From: Chloroflexota bacterium
Lineage (GTDB): Bacteria; Chloroflexota; Anaerolineae; Aggregatilineales; UBA3940
Assembly (NCBI GenBank): GCA_010092885.1
Contig: JAADYX010000098.1
Coordinates: forward strand, 2,051-66,050
Reading direction: 5' to 3'
Length of the DNA: 64,000 nt
The translations under genes and the position numbers were made by a program. Under the pieces are notes generated by a model that worked only from the letters and a program-made list of their open reading frames with translations, was not told the origin of the DNA and searched no databases. Shown here in pieces: positions 45,595 through 56,889 of this stretch; positions within the stretch are counted from its first letter, which is position 1, and each line of letters begins with the position of its first letter.

Positions 45595-47264
45595 TCGTGA
45601 ACCCCGCCTACAATCCGTTCCGCTTGGACTACTGGTTCGGCCAGACGGATGCCCGCCCGCTGGCCCTCTTCCGCGTGTTGTTTGCCCTTCTGCTGCTCAA
45701 GGATGCAATCTACCATATTCCGCTGGCTCGCCTCTTCTACAGTGATGAGGGATTGTACCCGCTGCATGTTATGCATGAGATGGCGCGTACCAACCGCTTC
45801 TCCCTGATGGACGCGCTGCATGCGCCGTGGATGGCCACGGCGTTTTTCTTACTGTGGTGCGTCGTGATCCTGCACGTGCTGATCGGCAGCCGTACCCGCC
45901 TGATGACGATACTGAACTTCATCATGATCCTCTCCGTGCATGAGCGCAATCTCTATCTGCTCAACGGTGCGGATACTGTCATGCGGGTGCTCAGTTTCTG
46001 GGCGATCTTTCTACCGTTGGGGGCTGCTTTCTCGGTAGATGCTCTGCGCAGGCGGCGGCAGGCCTATCTGGAGTCGCGCTCCCTGGTGGATCTGCGTCCG
46101 CCCGTTGATCCGCCAACCGTATGGGCCTTCCCCGTCCGCATCATCCAGATTCAGATCGCATTGGTGTACATCTTCGCTACAGTGCACAAGCTGCCCGGCG
46201 AACCATGGCTGACCGGCGAAGCACTCTATTACGCGCTCCAGATCGAGACGCTCCAGATCGTACCGGGACGCCTCCTGTTGGAGCTGACCCCACCACCGCT
46301 GCTGCGTCTGATGACCTGGGCTGCTCTGCTAACGGAGGCTTCCTGGGCGATTCTGGTATTCCAACCCTTCTTCCAGCCTATTGTGCGGCGTATCGCATTG
46401 ATCATGGGGGTGGCGTTTCATTTCGGCATCGCACTGACGATGGCCATTCCCAATTTCTCCATCGTGATGGTGATCAGCTATGTGCTGTTTCTAGAGGGTG
46501 ACACCATTGAAGCCGCAATCCGGGCCGTCTGGCGACATCCGCTGCGGATCCCGCCGCCTGCACCGCGCAGTGCGGCCTGGTGGTTGGTGGCCATCCTTCC
46601 ACGCCAACGTCTAAAGATCGATCGTACCGCCAAGCCTCTTGCGCTGCTTGAACGTCTGGGCGCAGTTGGCTGGCCGCGCCCGGAACGTGACGCCGACCCG
46701 ACTGTACGGCAGGCATCGCTGCTGGTGCGCCCGGCGCGCGCGCTGACAGGTGCTTTGCTCACCTTCCTGATGGGCACGATTATCTGGTGGAATCTGGCCA
46801 ACGTTGAGCTGGCCGGTGATGAAGCGCTCGTGGATCGGGTGGATGGGGCGCCGCGCACGATGGTTCAGGTGACCGGACTGTGGCAGTCCTGGAAGTTGTT
46901 CGCTCCGTATCCCAGCCGCACGTATGGTTGGATTGCGGTGCCGGGTGTCTTCGAGGACGACGTCACTTACGATCTGCGTACCGGCCAACCGGAAGGCGAC
47001 ACTTTCGCGCGGTGGGTGTTGGGCCCCAATGCACGTTGGCGCAAGTATGAAGACCGGCTGCGCCGCGACGGCAGCGAAGCAATGCTTCGTGCCTTAGGCA
47101 GCTATTACTGTGACAGGTATGAAGATCTGCCCGAGGGGGAACGTCTCGCCACGCTGGAGATCCATTATCATTGGCGGCGCTCACCCGATCCCGGTGAGGC
47201 TGCTGCGCCCTATGCGACACGCTCGTTGTGGCGGCATTGGTGCTATCCGCAGTACGCGTACTAG
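45591..47264 (+). CDS. HTTM-domain (vitamin K-dependent gamma-carboxylase-like) polytopic membrane protein with a soluble C-terminal domain
   Basis: 557 aa. The ATG overlaps the mraY stop. The N-terminus [25 protein letters not shown] is followed by several TM spans. The C-terminal ~230 aa are W/R/Y-rich. Confidence 0.65.
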   Translation: MIVNPAYNPFRLDYWFGQTDARPLALFRVLFALLLLKDAIYHIPLARLFYSDEGLYPLHVMHEMARTNRFSLMDALHAPWMATAFFLLWCVVILHVLIGSRTRLMTILNFIMILSVHERNLYLLNGADTVMRVLSFWAIFLPLGAAFSVDALRRRRQAYLESRSLVDLRPPVDPPTVWAFPVRIIQIQIALVYIFATVHKLPGEPWLTGEALYYALQIETLQIVPGRLLLELTPPPLLRLMTWAALLTEASWAILVFQPFFQPIVRRIALIMGVAFHFGIALTMAIPNFSIVMVISYVLFLEGDTIEAAIRAVWRHPLRIPPPAPRSAAWWLVAILPRQRLKIDRTAKPLALLERLGAVGWPRPERDADPTVRQASLLVRPARALTGALLTFLMGTIIWWNLANVELAGDEALVDRVDGAPRTMVQVTGLWQSWKLFAPYPSRTYGWIAVPGVFEDDVTYDLRTGQPEGDTFARWVLGPNARWRKYEDRLRRDGSEAMLRALGSYYCDRYEDLPEGERLATLEIHYHWRRSPDPGEAAAPYATRSLWRHWCYPQYAY

Positions 47265-49948
47265 CGGATCAAATTGAGGTCACGCGCGTAAGCGATGGCC
47301 TGGGTACGGCTGTGCACATTCAGCTTGCGGTAGATGTTCTTAGTGTGCCACTTGGCCGTACCGACCGAGATCACCAACTCATCGGCGATTTCCCGGTTGG
47401 ACATGCCACCCGCCATCAATCGCAGTACTTCCATCTCGCGGTCGCTGAGTGGCTCCTTGAGGGGTTGATCCTTCAGTGTCTTGATCAGCCGCGCCTCACC
47501 GAACACAGCCAGCAGCCGGCGGATATACTCCAGCGAAGCGCTGAAGGTGCTGCTGGTATTCTGTGAGAGAATGCGCATCAGCAGCTTGGCCATCGGGCCA
47601 CCCTCTTCCACGAAGGTATACACGTAGCGCTCCGGCTCCGCGATGGCCAATGCCTCCTCCAAACAGGCCTGTGCATCATCCAAATCGCCACTGCGCTGGT
47701 AGGCCAGTGCCATGCCTGTCAACGCCCGGATGCGTCCTGTCAACCGGCCATCGTTTTCAGCAGTTTGATACAGTCGCCGCAGCAGATAGAGCGCATCATC
47801 AACCTGATTGGATGCGATCAGAATGCGAGCCAGCGTCACATGCTCGAATTCCTTTGTGTAGCTGGTCTCGTCATCAACGCTCAACCCCGATTCCCAGGCC
47901 CAGCGGTTCGCGCGTTCCACTTCGCCCTGTGCGATCCACAGGCGCGCGCGCAGTGCGGAAGCCAACCGCACCCGGTTGAACAGATTGTGCTTCACAGCAA
48001 TAGCTTCTGCGGTGTCAACCAAGCCCAATGCACCCTTTAGATCACCCTCGCAGCGATGCATCATCGCCAGCCCGAGCCGGGCGTGCGCGGCGATATCCGG
48101 CTTCTTGAAGCGTTTGGCTAACCGGACGGCTTCCACTAGATGGTGTTCGGCAACACGGCGTTCGTTCCACTCGCTGTGGATCACACCCAACCGCATATGG
48201 ATCCGGCAGACCACCGGCAGGTAGGTGCCGCCTTCACGCCGTGCCAGGGATAGTGCTTTCTGGTAGGCTGATGCCGCTTCGATCATATGGCCGCGGTACA
48301 GGCTGAGCTGTGCGAGCTCATCCATAGCTGTCTGTGCCACATACAGGTTGCCCGACTCAGCTCCTGTCTGCGCCGCTGCCTCGAAGCTGTCGGCAGCCTG
48401 CCGCATATCACGTGCGTCGCGGTACGCAAAACCGAGGTTCAGGGTGATAATGCTGCGCAGCAGATGATCTTCTTCTGGCAGAGCAGCCAGCGCTCGCCGT
48501 GAATAGGACACTGCTCGTGACGTATCACCGCGAAGAGCGGATGTGGCAGCCTGCATGGCTTCAGAAAGCCCCGGCAGATTGGATCCTGCGTGCGGTGCAG
48601 CAACCACGGACGAATGGGAAAGATTGGCCGTGGCGCGCTGCCGCTCCACAGTATGCATGTTGATCGGCTGTTCGGCTGCGTTGACTTCTTCTAATGTTGC
48701 CAGTGCCCACACATGATACAGCTTCAGCCGTGGCCGGTCTTGCAGCATATGCTCAGGGAGTGCTTCCAGCCAACCGACTAATGTGGCCAGCTCACCGCGG
48801 GCCCACATCTGATGGGCCGTCGCATCAATCAGGTGCAGCACCCGTTCGAAGTCACCCGCTGCCAGCGCGTGCCCGACTGCCTCTTCGCTCAGACCATTGT
48901 CCGCGAACCAGTCGGCGGCTTCCTGGTGGATTACTGGGATTGCATCCGGATCGGTGTGCTTCAAATATTCGCGCAGAAAGCTCGCAAACAGATGATGGTA
49001 ACGATACCAACGCCGTGCCTCATCGAGCACCACGACAAAAAGATTGTCGCGTTCCAGCTGCAGCAGTAGCTCACGGCTGTCCTCCCGACCCGTCACCGCA
49101 TCACACAGTGGGCCGCTCAACCGGTTCAAAAGGGAGGTGCGCAGCAGGAAATCTTGAACGTCATCGGGTTGTTTGTGCAGCACCTCGACCGCCAGATAGT
49201 CAAGAATGTGACGGTGTCCGCCGGAAAAGGTGCGGATGAACTCCCGGAAGTCGGGCCGGCCCCGCATTGAAAGCGCGGCCAGTTGAATTCCTGCGATCCA
49301 ACCCTCTGTGCTTTCTTCAAGCGCATGGATGTCTTCTGCGCTTAAATCCGGCGCGGCCACATGGTCCAGGAAAGCGGTCATCTCTTCTGTGCTGAAGCGT
49401 AGATCTTCTGCACGCAGCTCTGTGATCTCGCCTCGCGCCCGCATGCGGGCCAAGTGCAAAGGCGGATCTGTACGGCTGGATATCACTATGGATAGCGGCG
49501 CGGGCATCTGTTCGATTAGGAACGACACCATGCGATGAACTGCTGGGGCCTCTATCGTGTGGTAGTCGTCAAGCACCAGCGTGAACGGTTCGTGCACCCG
49601 GGAGAGATCGTTGATCAGGCTCGTCAGCACCGGTTCTGTCTGTAAGGGCTGCCCCTGTTTGAGTTGCCCGCGCGCTTCTCCGCCGACCTCATCGTCCAGC
49701 CGCCAGAGTGCTTCGACCAGATACGCCAGAAAGCGCATAGGGTCATTGTCGTTTTTGTCCAGTGAGAGCCAGGCTACCCGCTGGCCGTCAGCCCAGTGGG
49801 CCAGCAGTGTGGTTTTACCAAAACCTGTTGGGGCAGAGAGGAGGGTCAGACGGGTTTGGTTAATCCGGCTGAAGAGGCGGTCCCGTGGCACAAACGTCGT
49901 TTGCTGGGCGGGGATATGGAGTTTGGTAACGAGAATCATCTGGTCCAT
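47261..49948 (-). CDS. MalT-like LuxR-family transcriptional regulator (P-loop NTPase, TPR-like array and C-terminal LuxR HTH)
   Basis: 895 aa. Walker A is [11 protein letters not shown]. The C-terminal segment [45 protein letters not shown] is a LuxR/GerE HTH. Confidence 0.9.
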   Translation of the reverse strand: MDQMILVTKLHIPAQQTTFVPRDRLFSRINQTRLTLLSAPTGFGKTTLLAHWADGQRVAWLSLDKNDNDPMRFLAYLVEALWRLDDEVGGEARGQLKQGQPLQTEPVLTSLINDLSRVHEPFTLVLDDYHTIEAPAVHRMVSFLIEQMPAPLSIVISSRTDPPLHLARMRARGEITELRAEDLRFSTEEMTAFLDHVAAPDLSAEDIHALEESTEGWIAGIQLAALSMRGRPDFREFIRTFSGGHRHILDYLAVEVLHKQPDDVQDFLLRTSLLNRLSGPLCDAVTGREDSRELLLQLERDNLFVVVLDEARRWYRYHHLFASFLREYLKHTDPDAIPVIHQEAADWFADNGLSEEAVGHALAAGDFERVLHLIDATAHQMWARGELATLVGWLEALPEHMLQDRPRLKLYHVWALATLEEVNAAEQPINMHTVERQRATANLSHSSVVAAPHAGSNLPGLSEAMQAATSALRGDTSRAVSYSRRALAALPEEDHLLRSIITLNLGFAYRDARDMRQAADSFEAAAQTGAESGNLYVAQTAMDELAQLSLYRGHMIEAASAYQKALSLARREGGTYLPVVCRIHMRLGVIHSEWNERRVAEHHLVEAVRLAKRFKKPDIAAHARLGLAMMHRCEGDLKGALGLVDTAEAIAVKHNLFNRVRLASALRARLWIAQGEVERANRWAWESGLSVDDETSYTKEFEHVTLARILIASNQVDDALYLLRRLYQTAENDGRLTGRIRALTGMALAYQRSGDLDDAQACLEEALAIAEPERYVYTFVEEGGPMAKLLMRILSQNTSSTFSASLEYIRRLLAVFGEARLIKTLKDQPLKEPLSDREMEVLRLMAGGMSNREIADELVISVGTAKWHTKNIYRKLNVHSRTQAIAYARDLNLIR

Positions 49949-49994
49949 CTTCCGGGCCCCCTGCTGATTGTTCAGTTGCTCAACAGGTCAGGTG

Positions 49995-50026
49995 AAATGA
50001 GTGTTAGCAGTCTATCACACTCATTT
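49995..50026. promoter_or_regulatory. Perfect 10 bp inverted repeat upstream of the LuxR-family gene and downstream of comEA
   Basis: aaatgagtgt-N12-acactcattt lies 47-78 bp upstream of the ATG at 49948. Confidence 0.4.
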
Positions 50027-50034
50027 GTGTACAG

Positions 50035-50622
50035 TCAAGGCGCACCAACCGTGATGAGGTCGGCCAATTGTTCAAATGTACTGGGTCCTATACCAGAGAC
50101 GTTCTGAAGGTCCTGAATGTTCCCAAATTGCCCATTTTCTTCTCGATATGCGATGATCCGCTCAGCCAACGCCGGGCCGATTCCAGGTAGGGTTTGTAGG
50201 GTGTCAGCATCAGCTGTATTGATATTCACCGGGCCCTGAGGTGCCACCCCACCGCCCGATGCATCGCCTTGTACCGGTGGGGCTGCCTCCCCAATGACCG
50301 GTACGTAAACCTGTTCACCGTTGGCCAGTTCCGCCGCCAGATTGACCCCATCCAGATTCGCATCGGCGCTGGCCCCACCCGCAAGTTCGATGGCATCACG
50401 CACAATGGAACCAGGTGGCAGTGTGTAAACATCCGGGCTGGCGACCGCCCCACTGACATAAATCTGAATAGGGCCAGGTGTTACGGTAGGGCTTGGCGGC
50501 TGGATTACGATCGGCTCCGGTGGACGGTAGCGCAGTGCGAACAGCGCCGCAGCCCCGGCCACCGCCAACCCGACGATCACCAAGACAAGGATACGATTGC
50601 GCTCTAACCAGTCATTGACCAT
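50035..50622 (-). CDS. comEA: ComEA-type DNA-binding competence protein (TM anchor, SLBB domain and tandem helix-hairpin-helix)
   Basis: 195 aa. Sequence: VNINTADADTLQTLPGIGPALAERIIAYREENGQFGNIQDLQNVSGIGPSTFEQL. Confidence 0.88.
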   Translation of the reverse strand: MVNDWLERNRILVLVIVGLAVAGAAALFALRYRPPEPIVIQPPSPTVTPGPIQIYVSGAVASPDVYTLPPGSIVRDAIELAGGASADANLDGVNLAAELANGEQVYVPVIGEAAPPVQGDASGGGVAPQGPVNINTADADTLQTLPGIGPALAERIIAYREENGQFGNIQDLQNVSGIGPSTFEQLADLITVGAP

Positions 50623-50634
50623 GGTTGCTCCTCC

Positions 50635-52245
50635 CTACATGCGGAAGACCCCATAGCGGGTTGCTTGGACCGGGGCATTCAGGCAGGCACTGAGCGCCAG
50701 CCCTAATACACGTCTGGTCTCTGCCGGGTCAAGGATGCCATCATCCCACAGGCGTGCCGTCGAATAGTACGGGCTGCCCTCACGTTCATACTTGTCGAGT
50801 ATCGGCTGCTTGAACTCAGCCAACTCATCGGCATCCATGAGCGGCTCGCCCCGACGCTCGCGCTGATCCTGCTTGACGGTTGCCAGTACGTTGGCTGCCT
50901 GTTCGCCGCCCATCACACTGATGCGGGCGTTGGGCCACATCCACAAAAACCGCGGATTGTAGGCCCGTCCGCACATGCCGTAATTGCCCGCGCCGAAGCT
51001 CCCGCCGATAATGAGCGTCAGCTTGGGCACAGCTGCATTCGCCACCGCATGGACCATCTTGGCTCCGTCTTTGGCAATGCCGCCTGCCTCGTAATCCTTA
51101 CCAACCATGAAGCCGGTCACATTCTGCAGGAACAACAAGGGGATTCGCCGCTGGTTGCATAGTTCAATGAAGTGTGCGCCTTTCAACGCACTCTCGCTGA
51201 ACAACACACCGTTGTTCGCAACGATGCCAACCGGATACCCCTCAATACGTGCGAAGCCTGTCACCAATGTGGTGCCATACGTCGCTTTAAACTCCCGCAG
51301 TATCGATCCATCTACCAGCCGGGCGATCACCTCGCGGACATCATAGCTCTCCCGAAACGTGCGCGGGATCACGCCGTACAGCTCTTCCGGGCTGTAGAGT
51401 GGCTCTTCCGGCGGGGTGATATCCTGCTCGATGTGTTTGCGGGTATTCAGCGTGGCGACGATGTCTCGCAGGATCTCGATAGCATGGGGGTCATCTTCCG
51501 CGAAATGATCGGCCACCCCGGAGACATGCGTGTGCACATAAGCACCACCAAGCTCCTCGGCAGTGACTTCTTCCCCGGTAGCGGCCTTTACCAGCGGGGG
51601 CCCACCCAGAAAGATCGTGCCTGTTCCCTTGACGATCACCGTCTCATCGGACATGGCAGGCACGTAAGCCCCACCGGCCGTGCAACTGCCCATCACCGCA
51701 CTGATCTGAGGGATTCCTTCGGCACTCATCACCGCCTGATTGTAGAAGATCCGCCCGAAATGCTCTTTGTCCGGGAAGACGTCGTCCTGCATGGGGAGGA
51801 ATGCGCCCCCTGAGTCCACCAGATAAAGACATGGCAGCCTGTTCTGTAGGGCGATTTCCTGCGCGCGCAGGTGCTTTTTGACCGTCATCGGATAGTAGCT
51901 GCCACCCTTAACAGTCGCATCGTTCGCGATGATCAGGCACTCTCTGCCGGAAACCCGGCCAATCCCGGCCACCATTCCCGCCGCGGGTGCATCACCACCG
52001 TACAGTTGCCAGGCCGCCAGAGGTGCTATTTCGAGAAAGGGTGAGCCCTCATCCAGGAGGGAGTCGATGCGGTCGCGCACCAACATCTTTCCCTGATCGG
52101 TATGACGCTTGCGGTACTTCTCACCGCCGCCCTGCCGGACAAGGGCAAGCCGTTCCTGCAGTTGATCGGCCAACGCCCGGTTGGCTTCAGCATTGGCTGC
52201 AAAGGCCGGGTCGGCGGTATTGATCATCGACTCGATTGCATGCAT
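50635..52245 (-). CDS. Acyl-CoA carboxylase carboxyltransferase (beta) subunit, methylcrotonyl-/propionyl-CoA carboxylase type
   Basis: 536 aa with the two-domain crotonase-like carboxyltransferase pattern ([37 protein letters not shown]). Confidence 0.9.
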   Translation of the reverse strand: MHAIESMINTADPAFAANAEANRALADQLQERLALVRQGGGEKYRKRHTDQGKMLVRDRIDSLLDEGSPFLEIAPLAAWQLYGGDAPAAGMVAGIGRVSGRECLIIANDATVKGGSYYPMTVKKHLRAQEIALQNRLPCLYLVDSGGAFLPMQDDVFPDKEHFGRIFYNQAVMSAEGIPQISAVMGSCTAGGAYVPAMSDETVIVKGTGTIFLGGPPLVKAATGEEVTAEELGGAYVHTHVSGVADHFAEDDPHAIEILRDIVATLNTRKHIEQDITPPEEPLYSPEELYGVIPRTFRESYDVREVIARLVDGSILREFKATYGTTLVTGFARIEGYPVGIVANNGVLFSESALKGAHFIELCNQRRIPLLFLQNVTGFMVGKDYEAGGIAKDGAKMVHAVANAAVPKLTLIIGGSFGAGNYGMCGRAYNPRFLWMWPNARISVMGGEQAANVLATVKQDQRERRGEPLMDADELAEFKQPILDKYEREGSPYYSTARLWDDGILDPAETRRVLGLALSACLNAPVQATRYGVFRM

Positions 52246-52309
52246 AGAGGATGCTCTCTGTGGGTTAGAGATCTACCCGGAAGGTTAACATACAGTGGGC
52301 AAGGGTATC

Positions 52310-52332
52310 AAAAAGGGGCAGCGTGCTGCCCC
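52310..52332 (-). terminator. Rho-independent terminator after the DUF427 gene
   Basis: The minus strand reads ggggcag-cacg-ctgcccc followed by TTTTT. It starts 7 nt after the stop at 52339. Confidence 0.8.
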
Positions 52333-52338
52333 CGGCCA

Positions 52339-52830
52339 TCACCAGCCCCAGGTGCCCGGCCCGCCCTTGAACGGCCCCACGATTTCTGAGGTGATCCACC
52401 CACCGTAGAAATCGCCTGCCTGCGGTTGGACCTGCTCATCGTCGACATAGCAGGCATCCATCTGTGAAGGATACACAGCGATATAGTCTTTGATTGCCTC
52501 GTAGCCCTTATTGGGAGTCTTGTAGGCCCAGGCTGCGTTCTCAGCGGTCTTATCGCCCACTTCGATGGTGTAGTAGCTCGCTGCGCCCTTGAACTCACAG
52601 AAGGTCCGGCGGTTGGTGGGTGTTAGATACGCCATCTTCACATCTTCCACCGGGACATAGTACGCTGGTGGATGGCTGGTTTCCAACACACGGACTGCAT
52701 TGGTTGAGTCGGCAATAGTCTCACCATTGAATACGATCCGGATGCGCCGGTCGGACTCTTCCACGCGCGGCGGGCGCGGATAGTCCCATACAGACTCCTG
52801 TCCCGGTCCGGGTTCTATGCGCTTTCTCAT
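52339..52830 (-). CDS. DUF427-domain protein
   Basis: I trimmed to the ATG at 52830 (MRKRIEPG) to remove the overlap with the permease gene. Sequence: SVWDYPRPPRVEESDRRIRIVFNGETIADS...FCEFKGAASYY. Confidence 0.75.
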   Translation of the reverse strand: MRKRIEPGPGQESVWDYPRPPRVEESDRRIRIVFNGETIADSTNAVRVLETSHPPAYYVPVEDVKMAYLTPTNRRTFCEFKGAASYYTIEVGDKTAENAAWAYKTPNKGYEAIKDYIAVYPSQMDACYVDDEQVQPQAGDFYGGWITSEIVGPFKGGPGTWGW

Positions 52831-52876
52831 TGAATTACTGCTCCTGTACTCTCTCACGTGAGCAGAGTGTAGCGAA

Positions 52877-53854
52877 TCATGCCAGTTTGATGCGCGGATT
52901 GAGCACGGCATACAGGATATCCGCCGTGAAGTTGGCAATCAGAATGATGACCACAGTCACCATGACAATTGCCTGCACCAAAGGCAGATCGCGGTTGTTG
53001 ATCGCAAAGATCAACAGCCGCCCTAACCCCGGATAGTTGAACACGAACTCAATGACCACCAACCCGCTCAGCAGCCAGCCTGTGCTCGTTGCGATGACCG
53101 TCACCGTAGGGATCAGTGCATTGCGCAGGACATGGTTGAACACCACCCGCCGGCGAGGGATCCCCTTAAGGGTCGCCGTATTGACGTAGTCTTTCTTCAG
53201 TTCCTCGATTACACCGGCCCGAACCAACCGGATGACATACGCCAGCAGCACCAATGTTGCCGTAATGGCGGGCAGCCACAGAAACGGCAGCGCCTCGCTG
53301 AATGTGGCATTGGGATTGATCGACGAACTTGCCGGGAACCACCAGTCGAGGGACTGTATGATCGGCAGCTGTCGCATGCCCAGGGCCACCACATTGATCA
53401 AGAACAACCCCGTCACAAACTCCGGCAGGCTGACAACCGACAGCGACAGGATCGAGATCAGCCCATCAGCGAACTTGCCCTCAGACAGACCCGCAACCAC
53501 CCCCAGCGTGACAGCCAGCGGTACAGCCAACAGCAATGTCAGCGCTGCCAGACGCCCGGAATTCAGGACCCGTGCCCCCAGCAGTTCATTGATATCCCGC
53601 CGTGGACTCGAAAACGTCTGCCCCAGATCCCCAGTGAAGAAGGACGCTGCCCAGTCAACATACTGCACTAGCAGTGGCTCGTTGAGACCCAGTTCCTCCC
53701 GGGTGGCTTCCAGAGCCGCGTCGGTCGCTTCCCTGCCTAAGATCACCTGTGCCACATCGCCCGGTAGAACGCGCGTCAGTGCGAAGATCAGCAGTGAGGT
53801 GAGAAACAACGTCAGCACGAAAAACGCCAGACGGCGCAGCAGAAACCGGATCAT
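52877..53854 (-). CDS. Peptide/nickel-type ABC transporter permease (DppB/OppB-like)
   Basis: 325 aa. Starts MIRFLLRRLAFFVLTLF and has a BPD_transp_1-like core. Confidence 0.88.
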   Translation of the reverse strand: MIRFLLRRLAFFVLTLFLTSLLIFALTRVLPGDVAQVILGREATDAALEATREELGLNEPLLVQYVDWAASFFTGDLGQTFSSPRRDINELLGARVLNSGRLAALTLLLAVPLAVTLGVVAGLSEGKFADGLISILSLSVVSLPEFVTGLFLINVVALGMRQLPIIQSLDWWFPASSSINPNATFSEALPFLWLPAITATLVLLAYVIRLVRAGVIEELKKDYVNTATLKGIPRRRVVFNHVLRNALIPTVTVIATSTGWLLSGLVVIEFVFNYPGLGRLLIFAINNRDLPLVQAIVMVTVVIILIANFTADILYAVLNPRIKLA

Positions 53855-55929
53855 GAGTGTTCTACCTCAGGCAGCGTTTTGCGCTGTGCTTCAATCAGTT
53901 CGTCAATTGGGATATGACACCGAATGTAGTGCCCTTCCCCGTCGGCTCGCCAGGGTGGTGCGTCCGTCTCACAGATCGCGCCGATCTTGCGTGGACAGCG
54001 TGTGTGGAACCGGCACCCGCTCGGGATGTCACGTGCGCTGGGAATGTTCTCATTCAACAGCACCGGATCCTCACGTCGGGCCGGGTCAGGGATCGGGATC
54101 GCTGAGACAAGCGCTTCGGTATAGGGATGCAGCGGCGGTTGGTGTAGTTCCTGTGCTTCGCCCACTTCCACGAGATGCCCCAGATACATCACAGCGATAT
54201 AGTCCGCCAGGTAGCTGACTACCGATAGATCGTGCGAGATGAAGATGTAAGCGGCATCCCGATCTTTCTGCAGCCGTGCCAGCAGATTCAATACTGCTGA
54301 CTGCACGGATACATCCAACGCCGAAACGGGTTCATCGGCCAGAATGAGCATCGGATTGGACGCAAACGCTCGCGCTATGGCCACGCGCTGCTTTTCGCCG
54401 CCGCTCAGCTCATTCGGATAGCGTGTGGCGTATTCCTCGCGTAGATTGACTGCCTTCAACAGGCGCCGCACCTCAGTCTCGGCTTCGGTACGGCTGAGAC
54501 CGCCCAGCTTCATCAAGGGACGCCGGATCGACTGCCCAACCGTGAGGTAGGGATTCAGGGAGTTCTGCGGGTTTTGGAAGATCATCTGCAGGTCGGCCAG
54601 AGTTTCGCGATCCCGGCCGCGCAGCGCCGCGGGGAGTTCAACGCCCATCAGGATCATCTCCCCACCGGTCTTCTCAAACAGACCGATCACCACTTTGGAA
54701 AGCGTGGTCTTCCCGCTCCCGCTCTCGCCGACCAGCCCGTAGGTTCTTCCCCGGTTGACGGTCATATTGACCCCATCTACGGCGCGCACCGGCGAGGGCT
54801 TCTCCCCTTTGATGATATCCTGCACCGTGCGCCGTGTTGGGAAATACTTGTACAGGCTGTCAAGCTCCAGTAATGGCTCGCGTTCCTCGTCGAGTGTATC
54901 CGTAATGATCGCGTCTTCATCGGTCGCATACACGGTCCGCGGATTGATGCTGCCGTCGGCCAGCTCCTTCCAGCGGTGGCACCGTACCAAGCGCCCGGCC
55001 TCGGGGGCTTCAAGCGGTGGTTTGGTCTGGCAGATCTCAATAGCCAGTGGACAGCGGGGTGCATAGACACACCCCTGTGGCAGATCAGCCAATGAAGGCG
55101 GACGCCCCGGGATCGTCTGCAGGGGCCGGTCGCGCTTTGTCTGCCCGGGCTGCGGAATGGCATTCAACAGCCCGATGGTGTAAGGGTGCAGCGGCTTATA
55201 GAAAAGGTCATAGACCGGCGCATCCGCCATGATCTCGCCAGCATACATGACAATCACACGGTCGCAGATCTGTGCTACAACACCCAGATTATGCGTCACG
55301 TAGACAGCCGCCGTCTCGTCCTCTTTGATCAGATCGCGCACCAGCTCCAGGATGACGGCTTCCGTGGTAACGTCCAGGGCGGTTGTCGGCTCGTCCAATA
55401 CCAGCAGCTTCGGTGAGGTGCTCAAGGCCATCGCGATCATAACGCGCTGCTGCTGCCCGCCGGAGATCTCATGTGGAAAACGCTCCACCAGTTTTTCCGG
55501 GTCGGCCAGATTGACACGCTCCAATCCGTCAATAACGCGATCCATGATTGCCTCACGGCTCAGATCCGTGTGTGCACCGATTAACTCGGCAATCTGCTTG
55601 CCGATCCGAATGGAGGGGTTCAACGCGGCCATCGGATTCTGCGGTACCAGATTCATCCGTGCACCCCAGATGTTGCGCATCTGCGCGGGCGGGGCAGCAG
55701 ATATGTCCTCGCCGAGAAACTCGATGCGGCTGCCAGGTTCAGTGCGGCCGTTGCTCGGCAGGTAGCGGATCAAGCCCCGGGCGATTGTTGACTTCCCCGA
55801 GCCTGACTCCCCCACGATACCGTAGATCTCGCCCGGCTCCACAGTGATGCCGAACTCGCGCACGGCCCCGATCCACTGCTTGTTGACCTTATAGCTGATG
55901 CCAACGTTTTCGGCTTTGAGTACGCTCAT
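53851..55929 (-). CDS. Fused double ATP-binding protein of the peptide ABC transporter (DppD-DppF fusion)
   Basis: 692 aa. Two Walker A motifs (GESGSGKST, GESGSGKTT), two signature motifs (ISGGQQQR, LSGGEKQR), and oligopeptide C-terminal Cys motifs. Confidence 0.93.
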   Translation of the reverse strand: MSVLKAENVGISYKVNKQWIGAVREFGITVEPGEIYGIVGESGSGKSTIARGLIRYLPSNGRTEPGSRIEFLGEDISAAPPAQMRNIWGARMNLVPQNPMAALNPSIRIGKQIAELIGAHTDLSREAIMDRVIDGLERVNLADPEKLVERFPHEISGGQQQRVMIAMALSTSPKLLVLDEPTTALDVTTEAVILELVRDLIKEDETAAVYVTHNLGVVAQICDRVIVMYAGEIMADAPVYDLFYKPLHPYTIGLLNAIPQPGQTKRDRPLQTIPGRPPSLADLPQGCVYAPRCPLAIEICQTKPPLEAPEAGRLVRCHRWKELADGSINPRTVYATDEDAIITDTLDEEREPLLELDSLYKYFPTRRTVQDIIKGEKPSPVRAVDGVNMTVNRGRTYGLVGESGSGKTTLSKVVIGLFEKTGGEMILMGVELPAALRGRDRETLADLQMIFQNPQNSLNPYLTVGQSIRRPLMKLGGLSRTEAETEVRRLLKAVNLREEYATRYPNELSGGEKQRVAIARAFASNPMLILADEPVSALDVSVQSAVLNLLARLQKDRDAAYIFISHDLSVVSYLADYIAVMYLGHLVEVGEAQELHQPPLHPYTEALVSAIPIPDPARREDPVLLNENIPSARDIPSGCRFHTRCPRKIGAICETDAPPWRADGEGHYIRCHIPIDELIEAQRKTLPEVEHS

Positions 55930-55932
55930 TTC

Positions 55933-56826
55933 TCACTCGCTCTTCTGCACAATGTTCTTGATCCCGTCGGACATCAGGTTAACCCCGACGACCAACAGCG
56001 CAATAGCCGCCGCAGGGAAATTCAGGGCCCAAGGCGCGATGTTATAGTTGCCGCCGCGTGCTTCTTCAACCATCAAGCCCCAATCCGGTGTGGGTGGGTT
56101 TGCGCCTATGCCTAGAAATCCAAGGGCAGCCACCAGGAAGATCGCGTATGAAAAACGCAGCGACGCTTCCACAACCAGCGTCGGTACGACCGAGGGAAAG
56201 ATCTCCCGGAAGAGTATATATCCCAGTGACTCACCGCGGATGCGGGCCGCCTGTACAAACTCTCGCGTTTTGATCTCCAGCGTGCTGCTGCGCACCACAC
56301 GCGCCACAATCGGCACATAGACCACCGCGATCACCAGCAGCACACTGTTACGAGCCAAAAGGAACTGCAAGCTTCCCTGTTCCAGGGACAGGTTGCGGAT
56401 CACGCCCAGGATGACCAGCGCCAGCAGCAGGGCAGGCATCGCCAACAGGGCATCGATCACGCGGCTGGTTGCTTCGTCGATCCAACCGCCTTGGTAGCCA
56501 ATATACAGTCCGATCACGGTTCCGATCAGCACAGCCAGCAGGGTCCCCAACCCAGCCTTCTGAAAGATGCTGCTCGTCCCGATCATCACCCGGCTGAACA
56601 CGTCACGCCCAAGCGTATCTGTACCAAAAGGATGTTGTGTGGAAGGGGCCGCACTCACCGGGATGTCCCCTGTCTCGTTTGCGCCGTACGGTGCCAGCGC
56701 GTTGCCGAAAAAGGCGAGGAACAGGAATAGCAGCACAATGGTCGTGCCTACGGCAGTCTGTGGATCGCCGAAGAGTTGGCGTATAAACCGGAGCACACCC
56801 TGCACAATGCGCTGTATGTTGTCCAT
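55933..56826 (-). CDS. Peptide/nickel-type ABC transporter permease (DppC/OppC-like)
   Basis: 297 aa. It has the N-terminal OppC_N-like segment and a permease core. Confidence 0.88.
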   Translation of the reverse strand: MDNIQRIVQGVLRFIRQLFGDPQTAVGTTIVLLFLFLAFFGNALAPYGANETGDIPVSAAPSTQHPFGTDTLGRDVFSRVMIGTSSIFQKAGLGTLLAVLIGTVIGLYIGYQGGWIDEATSRVIDALLAMPALLLALVILGVIRNLSLEQGSLQFLLARNSVLLVIAVVYVPIVARVVRSSTLEIKTREFVQAARIRGESLGYILFREIFPSVVPTLVVEASLRFSYAIFLVAALGFLGIGANPPTPDWGLMVEEARGGNYNIAPWALNFPAAAIALLVVGVNLMSDGIKNIVQKSE

Positions 56827-56859
56827 GTTTAATGCCTCAGAGATGACTGAAGACTGAGA

Positions 56860-56882
56860 AGGGGGCTCACTCGGAGCCCCCT
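56860..56882 (-). other. Intercistronic stem-loop between the binding-protein and permease genes
   Basis: agggggctc-actcg-gagccccct is a 9 bp stem. It lies 8 nt after the SBP stop on the minus strand. Confidence 0.55.
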
Positions 56883-56889
56883 CTCAAGC

